Source: Trichoplax adhaerens
Lineage: Eukaryota; Animalia; Placozoa
Direction of reading: 5' to 3'
Length of the DNA stretch: 64,000 nucleotides
NCBI RefSeq assembly: GCF_000150275.1
Contig: NW_002060960.1
Span: forward strand, 412,189 to 476,188
Part shown: positions 1-24,850 of the stretch, in pieces
Layout of the letters: the number at the start of each line of letters is the position of its first letter
How positions within the stretch are numbered: position 1 is the stretch's first letter
Position numbers and translations under genes: made by a program
The notes under the pieces: generated by a model
Told to the model about the DNA's origin: nothing
Database searches by the model: none
Seen by the model: only the letters and a program-made list of their open reading frames with translations

Positions 1-2053
1 TTTCTGGGTGAGTTAAATTGCTGTAAATGTTTACTTTATTCTGCCTTAAACTATCGCGTGAATTACTAACAGCCTTATCGAGGACATTCTAAATTATACT
101 ACTTGAAAATGGTTCCTGTAAGCTAGTTTACTATCCTTTATCATAAGATTTGATGCAAAAAATTGTATTCCTTAATTACAGTAGTATCGTTTCAAATGAT
201 ATAAAACGCTTATTGTATGATATAATGAATTATTAGCTGTGTAAAGTAAAGCAATTTGGCGGGACTAAATGAAACTGTTGCGTCATGTAAAATGTAGGCT
301 TTTGAACTCCAAGTCGATAATATCATTTCATTTTAGTGACATTCATTCGTTAGCATCTTTGCTTATCGCAATATGTACTAAGGTTCGACGAAAGATTGCG
401 TACCTGAAATGTTGCTAGAATTTTTCAATAAGACATGATAGTACTTGAATTTTTGAAGTATGGAACGTGAAATCATAGACAAAATTGACCCAATTAAGGC
501 ATTGTACAAAACTAAGGATGAAAATGGTTAAAAAACTTTACATGCAAAATCCATAATAGCGGATTCTAGATTAAAAGAGGAGAGTTATTCATTCTATTGC
601 TGAGTATGGTTTATTAATAAGCACATGTAGTAAAAGGTGGACGACGGAAGCATTTATTTGTTGTCTATATTTAGATGCAATATTTTTTTAGTTGCTATGT
701 TTTAAGGTGATATTGCATGATTCAATATGGTAACGCATATTTTAAAGTAATATAGATATTTAATTGTAGCTCAATTTTAGTGCAGAAAATGACTAAATGC
801 ATGGAAAAAGTCCGAAATAAAGTATCCTTAGCTAGATGTTGATCTACTAACAAGTTTAAGTCAAATCAATTTAATAGTCGGACAGTAGAATTTTGCAGCA
901 TAATAGCTAAACAAAGTTAAATTACTAGTGAATAGTCTTGCCATAACTACACTATGTTCATACTCGTATGAATATTACAACAATAATTGCATGATTGGTG
1001 GTCCATATTACGATCTGGGATTGCTCTCAGATGTAAATATTACATTAATAAATAACAATAAAAATAAATGAAAGTGCAATTAATCTCATTGGTAGGTAGT
1101 TGAAAAGGAACAGTCGTAATTACAATCTCCGTCGCTTATGCTAGATGATGACTTAGTGATGGAAGCTCAGATAGGAAAAAATTTTCAACGTCGACTAATT
1201 CTTTTCATCAATATGTACAGTTTAGCCAATATTTGCAAGAGATACTGTTATCAACAAATGAATTTTTAACCCAACTACCTTGCAAAGTTGTAATTGTCCA
1301 AAATTTATGATTAATGTTACGATAAGTCTGTCAAATCTTCATACCTGAATAGCCGATCTGAAATAATAACATTGATATCTTGCAGGGAAGATTCTTGATT
1401 AAATAAATTTATTATCAACAGTTACCTGCAGTAAAGGCTAGTGTTAGCCTTACAAGCGTAGATCATTACGTACCGCTACTATTTGCGTATAATCCCAGAA
1501 AATGAGCTACGAGTAATAATTTAACATACCACGTAAAATCTAATTGCGTATTCCAAAAATCATAATTGTATACATTTTTTTAATTAATAATCTCAAGTAA
1601 GAAATGCTTTCTTCAATGCTTAAGTTTGAATTAATTTTGCAGGGTAAAGGCTATAACGTAGTACTAGTTTAGCTATTCGTAATCTTAAGCAGCTATTACG
1701 AACCTAATTTACGAGATTAAACTACGATTGAAAACTTTAAAAATTATCGATTCTCCATTTTACCTGTTTAGAAGCTTAAGTTTAAATATCGTATTTAATA
1801 GATAAATCAGATAATAGAGTGTTATTCAACCATTATCCTCGCTTATATACGCAATGTTTTTTGGCTTATCGTGCAGGGCTAAATTAATAATTGAAAATCT
1901 AGTCAAAATTTTTCTAGTAATCAAATTTTACAATATGAAGTAGAATTGAAAGTAGAGCTAAGATGTAGAGAGGAGTATATATAGATTTCTACCTTTGCAT
2001 CTTATATTATAATAATGGCAACGTTTAATCTTCTGCCTTTATTCCATCATTAG

Positions 2054-10755
<8,702 letters not shown>

Positions 10756-12272
10756 ATAATTAAACAATGAACTTTGATAAATGTGAGAAATTTTATTTTA
10801 TCGTAATGACCTTTCAGTCTTTAATTTCCGACAGCTATATCCTTTGTATAAGTAGCTTATTACGGTATAGCTATTTATTATGAGAAAAGAATATTTAGTA
10901 GGAAATTATCAGTTGCTAAGTAGATGCTTCACTGCACAGTTATTGGGAAGGTGAAGAATTAAACGGAATTATTTTTCGGAAACATTCTTCTTATTCTATT
11001 GTTTGTAATAGCAATAATGTGAATAATTTCAAAATCTAATTACATGTATGTAATCTCATCCCAAACTGGTTTAGCATAAAAAACCTTCAAAATATACCGT
11101 AAGATGTAGATAAATTACTAAGGTGTATTTATTTGGTATGCAGGTTTGTATGCCAGTAATAAAAAATTGTAATTTTAGACATGGATTTGCTATTTGTTTG
11201 ATATTATATTTACGACAATATCCCTAGTCTTTGTTCGATGAGTATTCCCAGCTCGTATATATAGAACTAAGACTGGTTGTTTTGAAGTAACTGCTATTAT
11301 AATGTAATAAAACTAAAATTCATAGGATTAGCGAAATAGTAAGCAGATAATTCGAAGTTATAGTATGATAATTGCTGCTATAGGTGCTTAGGGTATACTA
11401 ATATATACGCGTATATACCTCTACATTAATAATTTCACCGGCTTTAGTCGGCCAAAAATATTTTAAGTGCTTTTGTTAGCAACACCTTAAGATCGTAAAT
11501 ATTATTATTATTTATTAAGCTGAGATTATGCTAACATCTACTAATGAACAAAATAAAATACTGTGGTGCTATACAACTAATTGATTACCTGTACTGTACA
11601 TGTCAGGGATACTGTTGTACGGTTAAGAATAACCTTTATCCAAATTTCTTGTACAAAATAGAGATAACGTTTCCATTCGATACAACATAAACTATAGCTA
11701 GAACAAGCTTAGCAGGTATAATTCGAAGTTTATTTATTATAAAGAGTTGGCTGATAGCAACAAAAATAAAGCTAAGTACTATATGACAACTTTAAATTAT
11801 AATACATATGGACAGATATCTCAAATTTATCAAAAATATTTTAAATATTCGTGATATAAGTGTTTGATCATATACATAGTTATGCTAGGAATGTACTGAA
11901 GGACAATATAGTCGCAGCTGTCTCATTTAAGAGTATAAAGTATTTAATTCGTTAATAAATTAGTAAGACAAAATGTATTTACATCAGTTCCTTTCATGAT
12001 AGCTACCGAGAAAAGTCCCTTTTTATGTAACTGTTTATTTTAGTCTCCTATAGATTTAATACTGCAAGATAAATAAGGTACCAAATTCCCGACAATGGAT
12101 TAAATAAAATGATTTATAATAAAATTCTACATTAAAGAATATAGTTGATCTAGTAATTTAGGAAATCGCCTAGATATCTCAAGTAATAGCTATTTACGTA
12201 GAGAATCTACCGAGTAATAGCACAGATAATTTTGGATACTTGAACTAGTAAAGACGATAAAATGGCAATTTT

Positions 12273-15200
12273 CTAAACCAACTGTTGATCAGATTGATCG
12301 TAGCTAAACATTTGGCATATAGTTCTATGCGCTAAAAGGGTGCCAACAAAGGTGAGAAAGTTAGCAGCGATAAAAAGAGGAAAACATCTACCAATGTAAG
12401 CATTAGATGGCAGTCGATATGGTTGGCCGCCAATAGCTGGAATGTGAAATCCTACCGGGAAAAGCAACATGGCGCTGCAAAATATAATCACTAGAAGAAA
12501 CCAATATATGGTTAGAATATGGAGTATAAAAGTAACAATTGAAATTGTGATAATTGCCGGTTATAAACTTAACATGACAGTTAATAGTTGCTTTGAAATA
12601 TATTGAATAGAAAGTGACTCTTTGAAGCTGAATTCGTTGCAAGTAATTGGCTGTGCCAATTGATTTATATTTCATGCTTTAATACGTAGCAATGCTGATT
12701 AACAAGAGAATCTTAAATGTATACTATATGATAAAATAATTAATTGACCTAATTTAACAACAACATTGATTTCAAGTTTATTGGTCTAATCTGTTGATAA
12801 TATACTTGTGTAGATGTCCGTACGCGTATATATATATATAGGTTTAAATTTTATATATCAGAAAAGAATCTACTTGTTAATGTGTACTTTGTGACATTTA
12901 CTCAGAGTATAAAAGATTTTCGTGGTTATATGCGTGCAAAACTTGTCTATTGCAACATTATTCCTAGCGTAATGGATATTATTCGTTAAATTAATAGTGT
13001 ACAAAGTGAAAACAGCGTTTTTAAGTACTTGGATCAATGGCACTTAAGGAATATGTTTGCTGGTAAAGTTATCTTTCCAAGGTAACGTCAAGTTAGGTTT
13101 AAATTTATGTAATAATAATCTCCAGTGATATTTGTGAACTCCATACTATAATTATTAGCTTGGACAAGTTCTTTTTCTACGTAACGAAATATATCGTACT
13201 CTGTGATCAAGCATCTTTTCAAAAACAAGAACTACAGTTTCTTGTAAACTCTACTTTATTGTAAAAGTTAGGCTCGTCTAACTACTGCCAATGACTATGT
13301 CGAATCTTACAATCTCATATGCAATTTGTCTATTTTCGTATAATTCAAACAATTTTAGTCTTTGATCTATTTGAGGCTATCCTCCTTACTTGCACTATAA
13401 TTAGCTATCAGGAATTAGTAATACAAATGAATAAGACAATGATGTATCGCAGCTAATTTATGCTTACGTGTAATAACCGAAAGGACTTTACAAGGAATTT
13501 GTAAGTTTTGCATTCTGATGGATAGGCACATTACACAAATAGTCACTAAGAGCATGAGGCCAGATCCAATGACCAGTACAAATAAGATTGACCACTCTAA
13601 GGAGAGTTGTACAGGTCGGCAATGGAATTTGCTAGTTAACCGATCTCTTACGCAAATTGTAAATAAGCCAATTGTAGTATATTCTATATAGAAAAGTGTA
13701 GACAGCTTACGTTATTAAGATTGCGATCGTTACTTTATACACGCAAGGAAAACCGACATAGTTAGACTAGAAGGAAATTTGTAATTTTCTTCTATAATGT
13801 AATAAAATACAAATTTTAATTCATCGCTTTACTGTAATCATAACTTGATAGAACCACAGACGAAGGATTAAAAGTTTGTAATACAACATGAACTACTCGA
13901 TACTCTACTGGAATAGTATTGAGTAGTGCATGATTACAGTACAAGAAGTTGATAGAGGGTATGTTAAAGCACGAAGAGAAGAGTTTCAATTTTTATAGTA
14001 CAATATTGAGGAAGTAATATTTATTGGTGGACTATAGCTATCGCGAGCGACCAAGGATTCTGGTGATGATTAATACACATTGACTGTAATATTGCCATTT
14101 ACTGTGTTGTGTTACTGTATTGGGATAAACTAATCGGGCAACTTAAGAGAACACTTGTCCGATATTCTTTTCATGTGAACGCGGTACCTAAGCCATGGAT
14201 ATCCTTTACATGTAATATAGGGTTTAGAACAACTGTACAAGATCAAGGCGATAACGATCAGCCTATAAGACGTTGTATTGCATCGTGCACGAAAGATCGA
14301 TGTCAGTAAACATGGAAGAACTACAAGTTGGCTCTTTATATTGACTCTAGCAGTAGCTTTGTTTAAATGCGTTAATTCACTTTCGAGGAAGAGATCCCAA
14401 AAGCTTTATCCTATCGATTCCATTGGTTCACTGATGATGACAACATTGTAGTTATTACCTGTATCCAAATAGGCCTACTGGGTTTAAGTGCAGCCCTATA
14501 TGCTCCGTTCAAATGCGAATCCACTTTCGAGGACGAGATCTAAAAAGCTTTATCCTATCGATTCCATTGGTTCGCTGATGATGGCAACACTGTAGTTACT
14601 ATCTGTATTCAAATAGGTATTACTGGGCATTAGTGAAGCCCTATACAGTCCTGTTCTACTAGTCGTAAATTGTGAAACAAATGATTTATTATAAGGGAGA
14701 AAATCTTTCAGTGAATTTGGTGACTAATTCATACACTCATTTCCAAAGTAACTTTTTTGTATATCTTACTGTATGTTGCCGAATTTGGTAACACAGTCAA
14801 TTCTAATCTATTATCATAATATGTTTGTGCGGCCGGCCATGATCGTTTTCATGCCAATCCTTCGACAACTCTTCCATGTTGTACACGCTAAAACAGCTGT
14901 AATTAAAGGGTCACTAGCATTTACTCCTTCATTTCAATAAGACTATCAATCCAACAATCGTAACTGTAACATCAGACACCCTTTACTGATCAACGATGTC
15001 ATTGTGATTGGAAGGAATAGGGCATTGGGCTGTTGTATTTGACATCGTAAAGGAAGCATAGTATGGTCACGATCGTGTAGACTGTTGGATTGTACTCGTC
15101 TATTCGAGTATCCGTATGTTGTGCACTCACTAACAGGAAGGGAGCATCTGCAACAATCACGAAACCATTTCAGTTTGAACCGAGATCAATATCCATGGTT

Positions 15201-15306
15201 TACCTGGTGTTGATATGTAAATCTATTCCTGATCGACTAAAGAAGCAACATTCAAGGTAACGGCTAAAATCAAGCAAACTATAGCAGCGATATGGGTTTT
15301 CTCCAT
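12273..15306 (-). CDS. MOSMO: MOSMO (C16orf52/Atthog) claudin-like tetraspan protein, 3 exons, interrupted by an in-frame TAG at codon 28 (possible null allele, pseudogene or sequence error)
   Basis: Exons 15306-15204, 13683-13468, 12490-12273 (both introns phase 1, 537 nt total) translate MEKTHIAAIVCLILAVTLNVASLVDQE*IYISTPEYTTIGLFTIC...HCRPVQLSLEW...IFCSAMLLFPVGFHIPAIGGQPYRLPSN..., matching MOSMO (MDKLTIISGC...NPDWI...TVGL..C...LPPEW...FPIGFYINEVGGQPYKLPNN). Confidence 0.88.
14365..14645. repeat. Tandem duplication of ~135 bp in MOSMO intron 1
   Basis: Copies at ~14365-14498 and ~14511-14645 share aaatgcg..cactttcgagga.gagatc..aaaagctttatcctatcgattccattggttc.ctgatgatg.caaca.tgtagtta...gccctata. 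Confidence 0.9.
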
Positions 15307-15689
15307 CGTTGACTGAGTCTAGTCTCTGGCGATTGATTGAATGTCAATTGTCGAACTCAGTCTGTAGCAATGGCGTTGATTATCCTATCGCCTTCATCAA
15401 GCGATTCTTGACCGTTGATATTGATCTACTGAAGGGACTATTGAAACTGATTGTATACAATCCTATTTGTCGTTGATTTCGGCCTAGTCAAGTCGATTTA
15501 GAAGAGACTTATTTGCCAATAAGTCTCTTCATGTTGACATCCAATCATTGATGTGCAAGTTTTGCTACCCATTTAATCGGTTGGAAAATACTGTTCCACT
15601 GTCTTCCGAAGCATGGCAACGGAAAGAAAGATAGACGGACGTCAGCTTCACGTCGATCGTCTTTGGCTGATAAGATCTTACAGTCGTTT

Positions 15690-16750
15690 AACGCAAGCTT
15701 TCAGCAAAATACAGTATACAGTATTCCAAAGCATGACAACGGAAAGAAAGATAGACGGATGTCAGATTGGTAGGACAATACACCTACAGTACATGTTGAG
15801 TGCAGGCACAAGTACAGTACTGTACAGTACAGTACGTACAGTACGTACTGTACATGCTGTACACTGTACAGTACAGAGTACAGTACAGTCAGTACACGGT
15901 AGAGTAACGGACCACCGATTGGCAGGACAATAGACCTACAGTACCTTACAGTGTACAGTACAGTACATGTTGAGTGTAAGCACAAGGACTGTACAGTACT
16001 GTACAGTACAGTACAGTACACTGTACTGTACTCAGAGCATCCCGTACAGTAAAAGCCATCGCCAGTACAATACTGTACACTGTACACTGTATGCTTTTTA
16101 ACAGGGACAACTGTACAGTGTACAGTACTGTACGGTACTCCATTCAAAATTCTCTCTCGAAGGCCACAACATATCAATGAATTCCAAGATCATCATTCAT
16201 ATGCGTACAGTAGAATTGTGTAAAGCGAACAAGACACATGACTGCGCCAGCGCAGGACATGCTAGAGTAACAGTTTTGTACAGTACAGTACAGTACAGTA
16301 TGAAACTGGGCATTAGCCCTGACCATTTGGCATACTGTTACAAAATGACTTACTGTCCTTCCCATGCTCAGGGCTACTGCGCAAAAGCGTTTGGGGTGCC
16401 CGTTTGATTTCGTACCATACTCAGTGTATGTACAGTACAGTACAAGTGTACAGTACTTCCACTTGGACATTTTCGGACCTACAGTACAGTACTGTACAGT
16501 ACACTGTACAGTACAGTATGAACCAACAGCTGTTACAGTACAGTACTGTAACACTGTACACTGTAGGCGATAGTCCTGTCGATTACAGTGTACTGTACTG
16601 TACAATACAGTGCCCACCAAAGTACTGTACACTGTACACTGTACACTATTGTACGTGTTCTAGTCGGTAGTGTACAGTACGCCAGCGCAGTAGTGGGTGG
16701 AATGCGGTCTGAAAGTGCTATACTAAGCAGACATGGTAGAGACATACTGT
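15690..16750. repeat. Low-complexity TACAG/CTGTA (GTAC-rich) array in mixed orientation
   Basis: Dense runs such as gtacagtacagtac and actgtacactgtac on both strands, with perfect palindromes (15988-16007 actgtacagtactgtacagt); it generates the many spurious YSTV/TVQY ORFs in the track. Confidence 0.92.
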
Positions 16751-17110
16751 ATTTCAGCAATGTTGCAAGGGGGATTGGATGCATCTTTCCATCGATCCGT
16801 TAGAAGACGCGAGGAGAAGCCTTTACATGCCTTTGGATAAGCTCATTACAGTATTTGCTTTCTTTTAGTGTGGGTCGATACTGGTTAATCAAGTGGCGTG
16901 CAGTTGATTAAGGTTGAAGAAACGCCATCGATCACTGACGGACTTCCAATCACATTTGAATGGTGTGGATAGGCTAATCGCAAGTCAACGTCAAGCGGAG
17001 TAGGCAGATCCATCGTCTACAATAATATCATCATCGTCAAGAAGAATTACACAGTCCATTACCTTAGCAAAAGAATCATCATCATTCAATTAAAGTCAAT
17101 CTAGCTAGCG

Positions 17111-19162
17111 ATGAACAGTTCCGATCTTGTTGCACGATGGGATGTAGCGCTTCCCGATAAAGTGTATAAAGTATCCTTTGAACACGGTACCACATCGGGT
17201 AAACGAATTATCTGGGTCAACGACAAGGAAGTATTGCGCAAAAACTGGATGTTCAAATTAGTGGGTAGAGAACAATTTAAATTAGGCAATTCCGTAGCAA
17301 CCATTAATATTGATGCAGCTGGTGGATTCGCTTATGAATATTCTCTCGAAGTCAACGGTAAATCCTTAAAAAAATTTGTAGAAAATCGCAAGAAAAGTTC
17401 CAAAACCTGGGCATTTATGCTTACTGGTGAGCCGACAAGAGTGGTTTTCGGTAAGTTGATCAATCCACTGCAATAGGCTGTAGACGTGTTGATAGTCATC
17501 CTTGATAATCCTTTCCAATAGCCATCGCTATCGTCAAGAGTCCAACAAATTATACAGGAGTCATCCATTTCCCGGACACTTGATTTTACTAAATTGTTGG
17601 CAGAATAGTTTACATTATACTGCAGATACAGTACAGTACACTGGTTTTATTATTATTATCATTTCTTACTATTCAATTTCTCATTTATCTTGATCAAAGA
17701 CAAGTTCAAGCTATCCATGAATTCTATCCCAATGATAATATAATCCAACATTGAAATATACACTTGAATCCCATTGATTGTGATCTTGTTAGACAGTGAC
17801 ATTAGAGAAACCAATCTTTCTCCCAATAAACCTGACATCGCATAGCTTAGTTCCGCCTACTACGAATCGAGATCGACTACAATTTCTATCCCCCTACGTG
17901 AGTTTACTACAGTATAGAGACGCGACAATATTCGCAGTATCAAGAGACAACAATACAATCGTGTACTAGATTTAATCTTGCACGCGTACAAGTCATCAGC
18001 AAGACTTACGATGGATTAGCTTTTAAAAGGAAATAAGTCTAATTTAGTCTTTACACGTCATGCGGCTTTCAAATGAACTATAAATCCAACAGAGAACGGC
18101 AAACACGTTGATCGAGTACGCCTATCAACAATATAATATACTGTATGGAATACTACAAAATAGCCCATAAATAATAAAATCTTCAAATAGGAATCAAGTA
18201 AAGTAGTACGCGCTTGTTCTTTCCATTTGCTTGTTCAACTGCTTTCTTCACAACTACCACTACTCTCAGCCCATTTCAATTGCCAATACTCTATTGTGGA
18301 TATAACTGTGGTTATGTATTTTTCTCGTAGAAAAGGACTCTCTGGATGTTTGGGTTAATGGAGAGAAATTAAACACAGCGGTAGGACGATGCATCAATAG
18401 TCAATATAAATATAAATAAAAGGATATTACATATCAAATGCACCATTATGTTTTTATTTGTTATCAATTACTCGCAATAATTACCAATGGATGTAATCTC
18501 TCTCTTTCGAATATATATATTTATATATGCATTGAAAATGTTCAATATCCAACATCGGCTAGTACAGTACTGCATTAGCTCGTCGATAAGCCGTGTTGTG
18601 ATAATGACAACAGTAATACTAGCAGCTGAAGAACAACAATACGTTACTCTAGTAGTTAATACATATAGATAAAGCTGTAAAATTAAATTATAATGGATGA
18701 TTATGCTAAGTATTACGTAGCGTTGTAAGATTAATGATGCTCTTCCTATCCTTCTCATCTGTCTAAAAGTAAGCCTACGATCGATACCATGACAACTTTT
18801 TATTAGGCTACCTTACTATCTTGGTCGACGATCCTATTTTCTTACCGCAACACGCTAGCTTGATTTCAAAATTGTACATCTTCAGACTCAATGTCTAGTG
18901 AGATAGATATTCAATTAAATCATAGAAACTCTTTTTCTTTTTTTTTTTTCAATGATGACAATAAAATAATTAATTGCAATTCTCTCCAATAATATTCAAT
19001 CTTTTGTACAAACAGGGAGAATTTGTTGAAGACGGTACAGAGACACATTTTACATATCGAAATCATAACTGCTACATAAAAGCGATAAGTTCCGGTAAAA
19101 AGAGGGACGGAATTATTCATGCTCTAATCGTAGATGGCGAAGAAATTCCAAGCGAAGATTGA
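17111..19162 (+). CDS. FAIM: Fas apoptotic inhibitory molecule, 3 exons
   Basis: Exons 17111-17450, 18331-18380, 19016-19162: DLVARWDVALPDKVYKVSFEHGTTSGKR...WMFKLVG...FAYEYSLEVNGKSLKKF...RVVFEKDSLDVWVNG...GEFVEDGTETHF...SSGKKRDGIIHALIVDG, typical FAIM1 sequence. Confidence 0.96.
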
Positions 19163-20279
19163 ATAAAGCATTTCTCATATTAAACCAGGTCAAAACACGA
19201 TAAAACAAAGCATCGTATTTGCTTAGATTTAATTTGCTATTATTTTGATGGATTGTATGCTCATTGCGATCTCAAATGGCGATTACCCACCCTATCGATC
19301 TTGTCGATACCATCTAACTTTAATCAATTTTAATTTCACTTTCAAAATCGAAATGGATACAAGTTTAATACAACGGTACGTTAGTATATTATCGCTTAGA
19401 ATTGAGAACTGAAAAAATCCTAAAATTTTAACCCACTTGCTTTTATTTTATCTTTAATCTTTGGTCCTTATCTAATTTTTGTCATATTGTTGTCGACTGA
19501 TTGCTAAATAAGACTAATTTCTTTTGTACTGTAATACTTAATTAAAGGCAATGTACTATATAGTAGATAATGTGGTCGTTTTTAACTTTGAATTGAAATC
19601 GTTCTGCTTTCCAAATTAACTTGCAGGTTTTTTGCTTATGTAGCTCATTCAATTCTTGCACACGCAAGAGTTATTTCCATCTTATTAAGTTAATAAACAT
19701 GCGTGAAATTCCAACTAGACTTGTCGGTACAATGACACAGCTTTGCAAATACTATTGCGTATTGCCTTAAGGTTATGTCGGCTGTAAGCTCTTTAGTAGT
19801 TGATAAACAAAATTGCACCTTTCCTAAGATTGTAAATTTTTCTTTGATTATATAAATTATTGCTAAAGCTTGGCGTTAACCTACCTCGTATTGAAGCATA
19901 CTAGGGCTAATAACTGAAAATTAAAATCATATTTTAATCAGAAGCATTGATTCTTTTGATCACGTACGGATGCAGCAGTTTTATAAACATTTTACATGGT
20001 TAACAAGATCCAACCTAGGATAGGAGCTATTCTTTGATTACATACAAGAATTAAAAATAAATTAAATCTTAACATTTCCACTCAGTGTAATTTATAAATT
20101 CTTGCATTATGATCGATCAAGAGTGCTTAACACTGGGCCACAAGCTGTCCCAATAGCTACAACTCTAAATACTTTACATTCCTCCTTTTACAACTACTAT
20201 AGACATATTTATAAGGGTAAAAAATATACAAAGTAAAATATACTAGTAATGACATAAAATGATTTAGTTAGTAATGAAG

Positions 20280-22980
<2,701 letters not shown>

Positions 22981-24850
22981 CTTTTTAGCCAATTTGTAGA
23001 TGTGTTTTGAAATCCACGATGGAGTTCAAATTCGTAATAAGGTAATAAAGAGAATAATTTCTTAAGTGATTTAGGCTTAATAGTACATGCTATAAGTAAT
23101 TTTACCTACGACGATATATTTCAGTTGTATGAGTAGGTCTCGTAACAACTTGCTACTACACGTTGCAGTATAATATACGCAATTATACAATATAATTACA
23201 TTTAAGCCTAATCGATAGTCTATTGCTTTCTAATAGCAAGATGAGTTGTCGTTATCATTTCTTTTCTATAAATAATTAGTCTATGAAGCTTTCTGTCATA
23301 AATGAATAAATGAATTTTCAAAGCTTAAATTATAAGGGGAGAAAAAACATTAATCAGGAGCTGTTATTGCTGGATTGGAGACTGCTTATATACTGTAGCT
23401 CTCCATCCGTTACTAAATTGGTTTGGTTGAATTAGTAGCATTAACTCCGTCTTACATAACTTAATTGTCTGTCCTAGCAGCATTTGAAAGAAAGAGTACA
23501 CTGCTATGCTGTGTACTAGATTTGTTGGCGACAGTTTAAAATTGTTCAACTGCACATGCTGTACAAGTCCATCGCTGGAAAATAGACACTGTGAGTACTC
23601 GTTGTACACTACAGCTGCATCAACGTATATTGTCATCTATGAAGCAAGTAAGTTAAGTTATTGATGTCTCCAATAGCAAATTACGACTGGGCAGGATAAC
23701 AATTTCTACTTTACTACGATTTGAAATCGACTTTAGATCCTTTCTTTCTACCAATTTTATTCGTTTCCAGGTCTCTGTTTACTAAGCATTACGGATCGAC
23801 AGAATGGATGTTTAAACAGTAGAAAAAATGGATGATTAAGGTGTCTATTTTTGGTTAGCATGGAGTAATAAGAAGAGTATTGTATTAGACTGTAATGAGA
23901 TTGAACTTCTGCATGTTTCTTGAATGCTATTAAGGAGAGAAATGGCATTCCGATAGTTTGATCGCTGCATTACTGAACAACACTAAACTTGACTTATTCC
24001 ACTTACTCTTCATCGCAAGCACTTTCTACCAGTCACTGCACAACAGCATCAAAGCAATGAAGGTTCGATTTAGCATCGCCATGTCATTGACAATGGCAAC
24101 TATGTGGTTAAAATACAGTCTAACCTCTATCAAAGCAATGCTTATATCCTATTTGATTAAGATCATTCGCCAAATATTCAACATACCTGTATTTCGCGAA
24201 CTTCGCTGAAACGTAAAAATTTACCATCTGCCTCCATTGTCCAAATGTCCACTTTCGAGTTGATAAGGTACTAAAAACATCAGAAATTCACTTCATAACC
24301 TGCAATGGATTCACTAATGTCCACCTTGAAAAGATTTTCTATATTTTACAGTCAATTTAGTGTTAGTAGTGACTAGTTGAAGATTTTCTGCTGGTAGAAA
24401 ATGGCTGCAAAGCGATTTTGCTATGGAATCATTTCAAATACTGATGAAAATAATGGCTGAGCTGATTGCTGAATGCATTGCTCGCCACGAGCTTTGCTTC
24501 CTAGTCATTACTATTAGGCGTAACTCATGTTTGCGTAGCTATCTTGTGCCTGGATCCCAGGAGCATCGTCCGCATGTCCCGTCCATCCAGTACGAGCCAC
24601 TCCCGCTACAGCTCATTCTATTTTAGAGGCCCTTCGAGATCAGTTGCTATGGGCCATCGAGGTGAAAATAAAACTTTGCCTCTATGCTTTATTTTTATTG
24701 CAAGATGATGTACTTATTAATTGGTCAAAATCATGCCTTTGGCATCCATTTTGTACAATTGCACTATCCAATGGTAGAAACGTCAGACCTCTGTGCTACC
24801 TAGCTTGCAATGTACTCAATCGATCAGTAGAGCAGGCAAATATCGAACAC

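Noticed and set aside
11402-11417. 16-bp palindrome tatatacgcgtatata between convergent ABCC and MOSMO 3' ends
   Set aside because: Mostly TA dinucleotides; plausible by chance in AT-rich DNA.
15611-15760. Duplicated catggcaac/catgacaac resembling RFX X-box half-sites upstream of MOSMO
   Set aside because: Only half-sites within a short local duplication; insufficient for a call.
15690-16750. Possible CRISPR-like repeat-spacer array
   Set aside because: No constant repeat length or regular spacers, no cas genes, eukaryotic intron-containing context.
15613-16803. Ten overlapping ORFs rich in Y/S/T/V/Q/C
   Set aside because: By-product of the stop-poor TACAG/CTGTA array; no domain or splice support.
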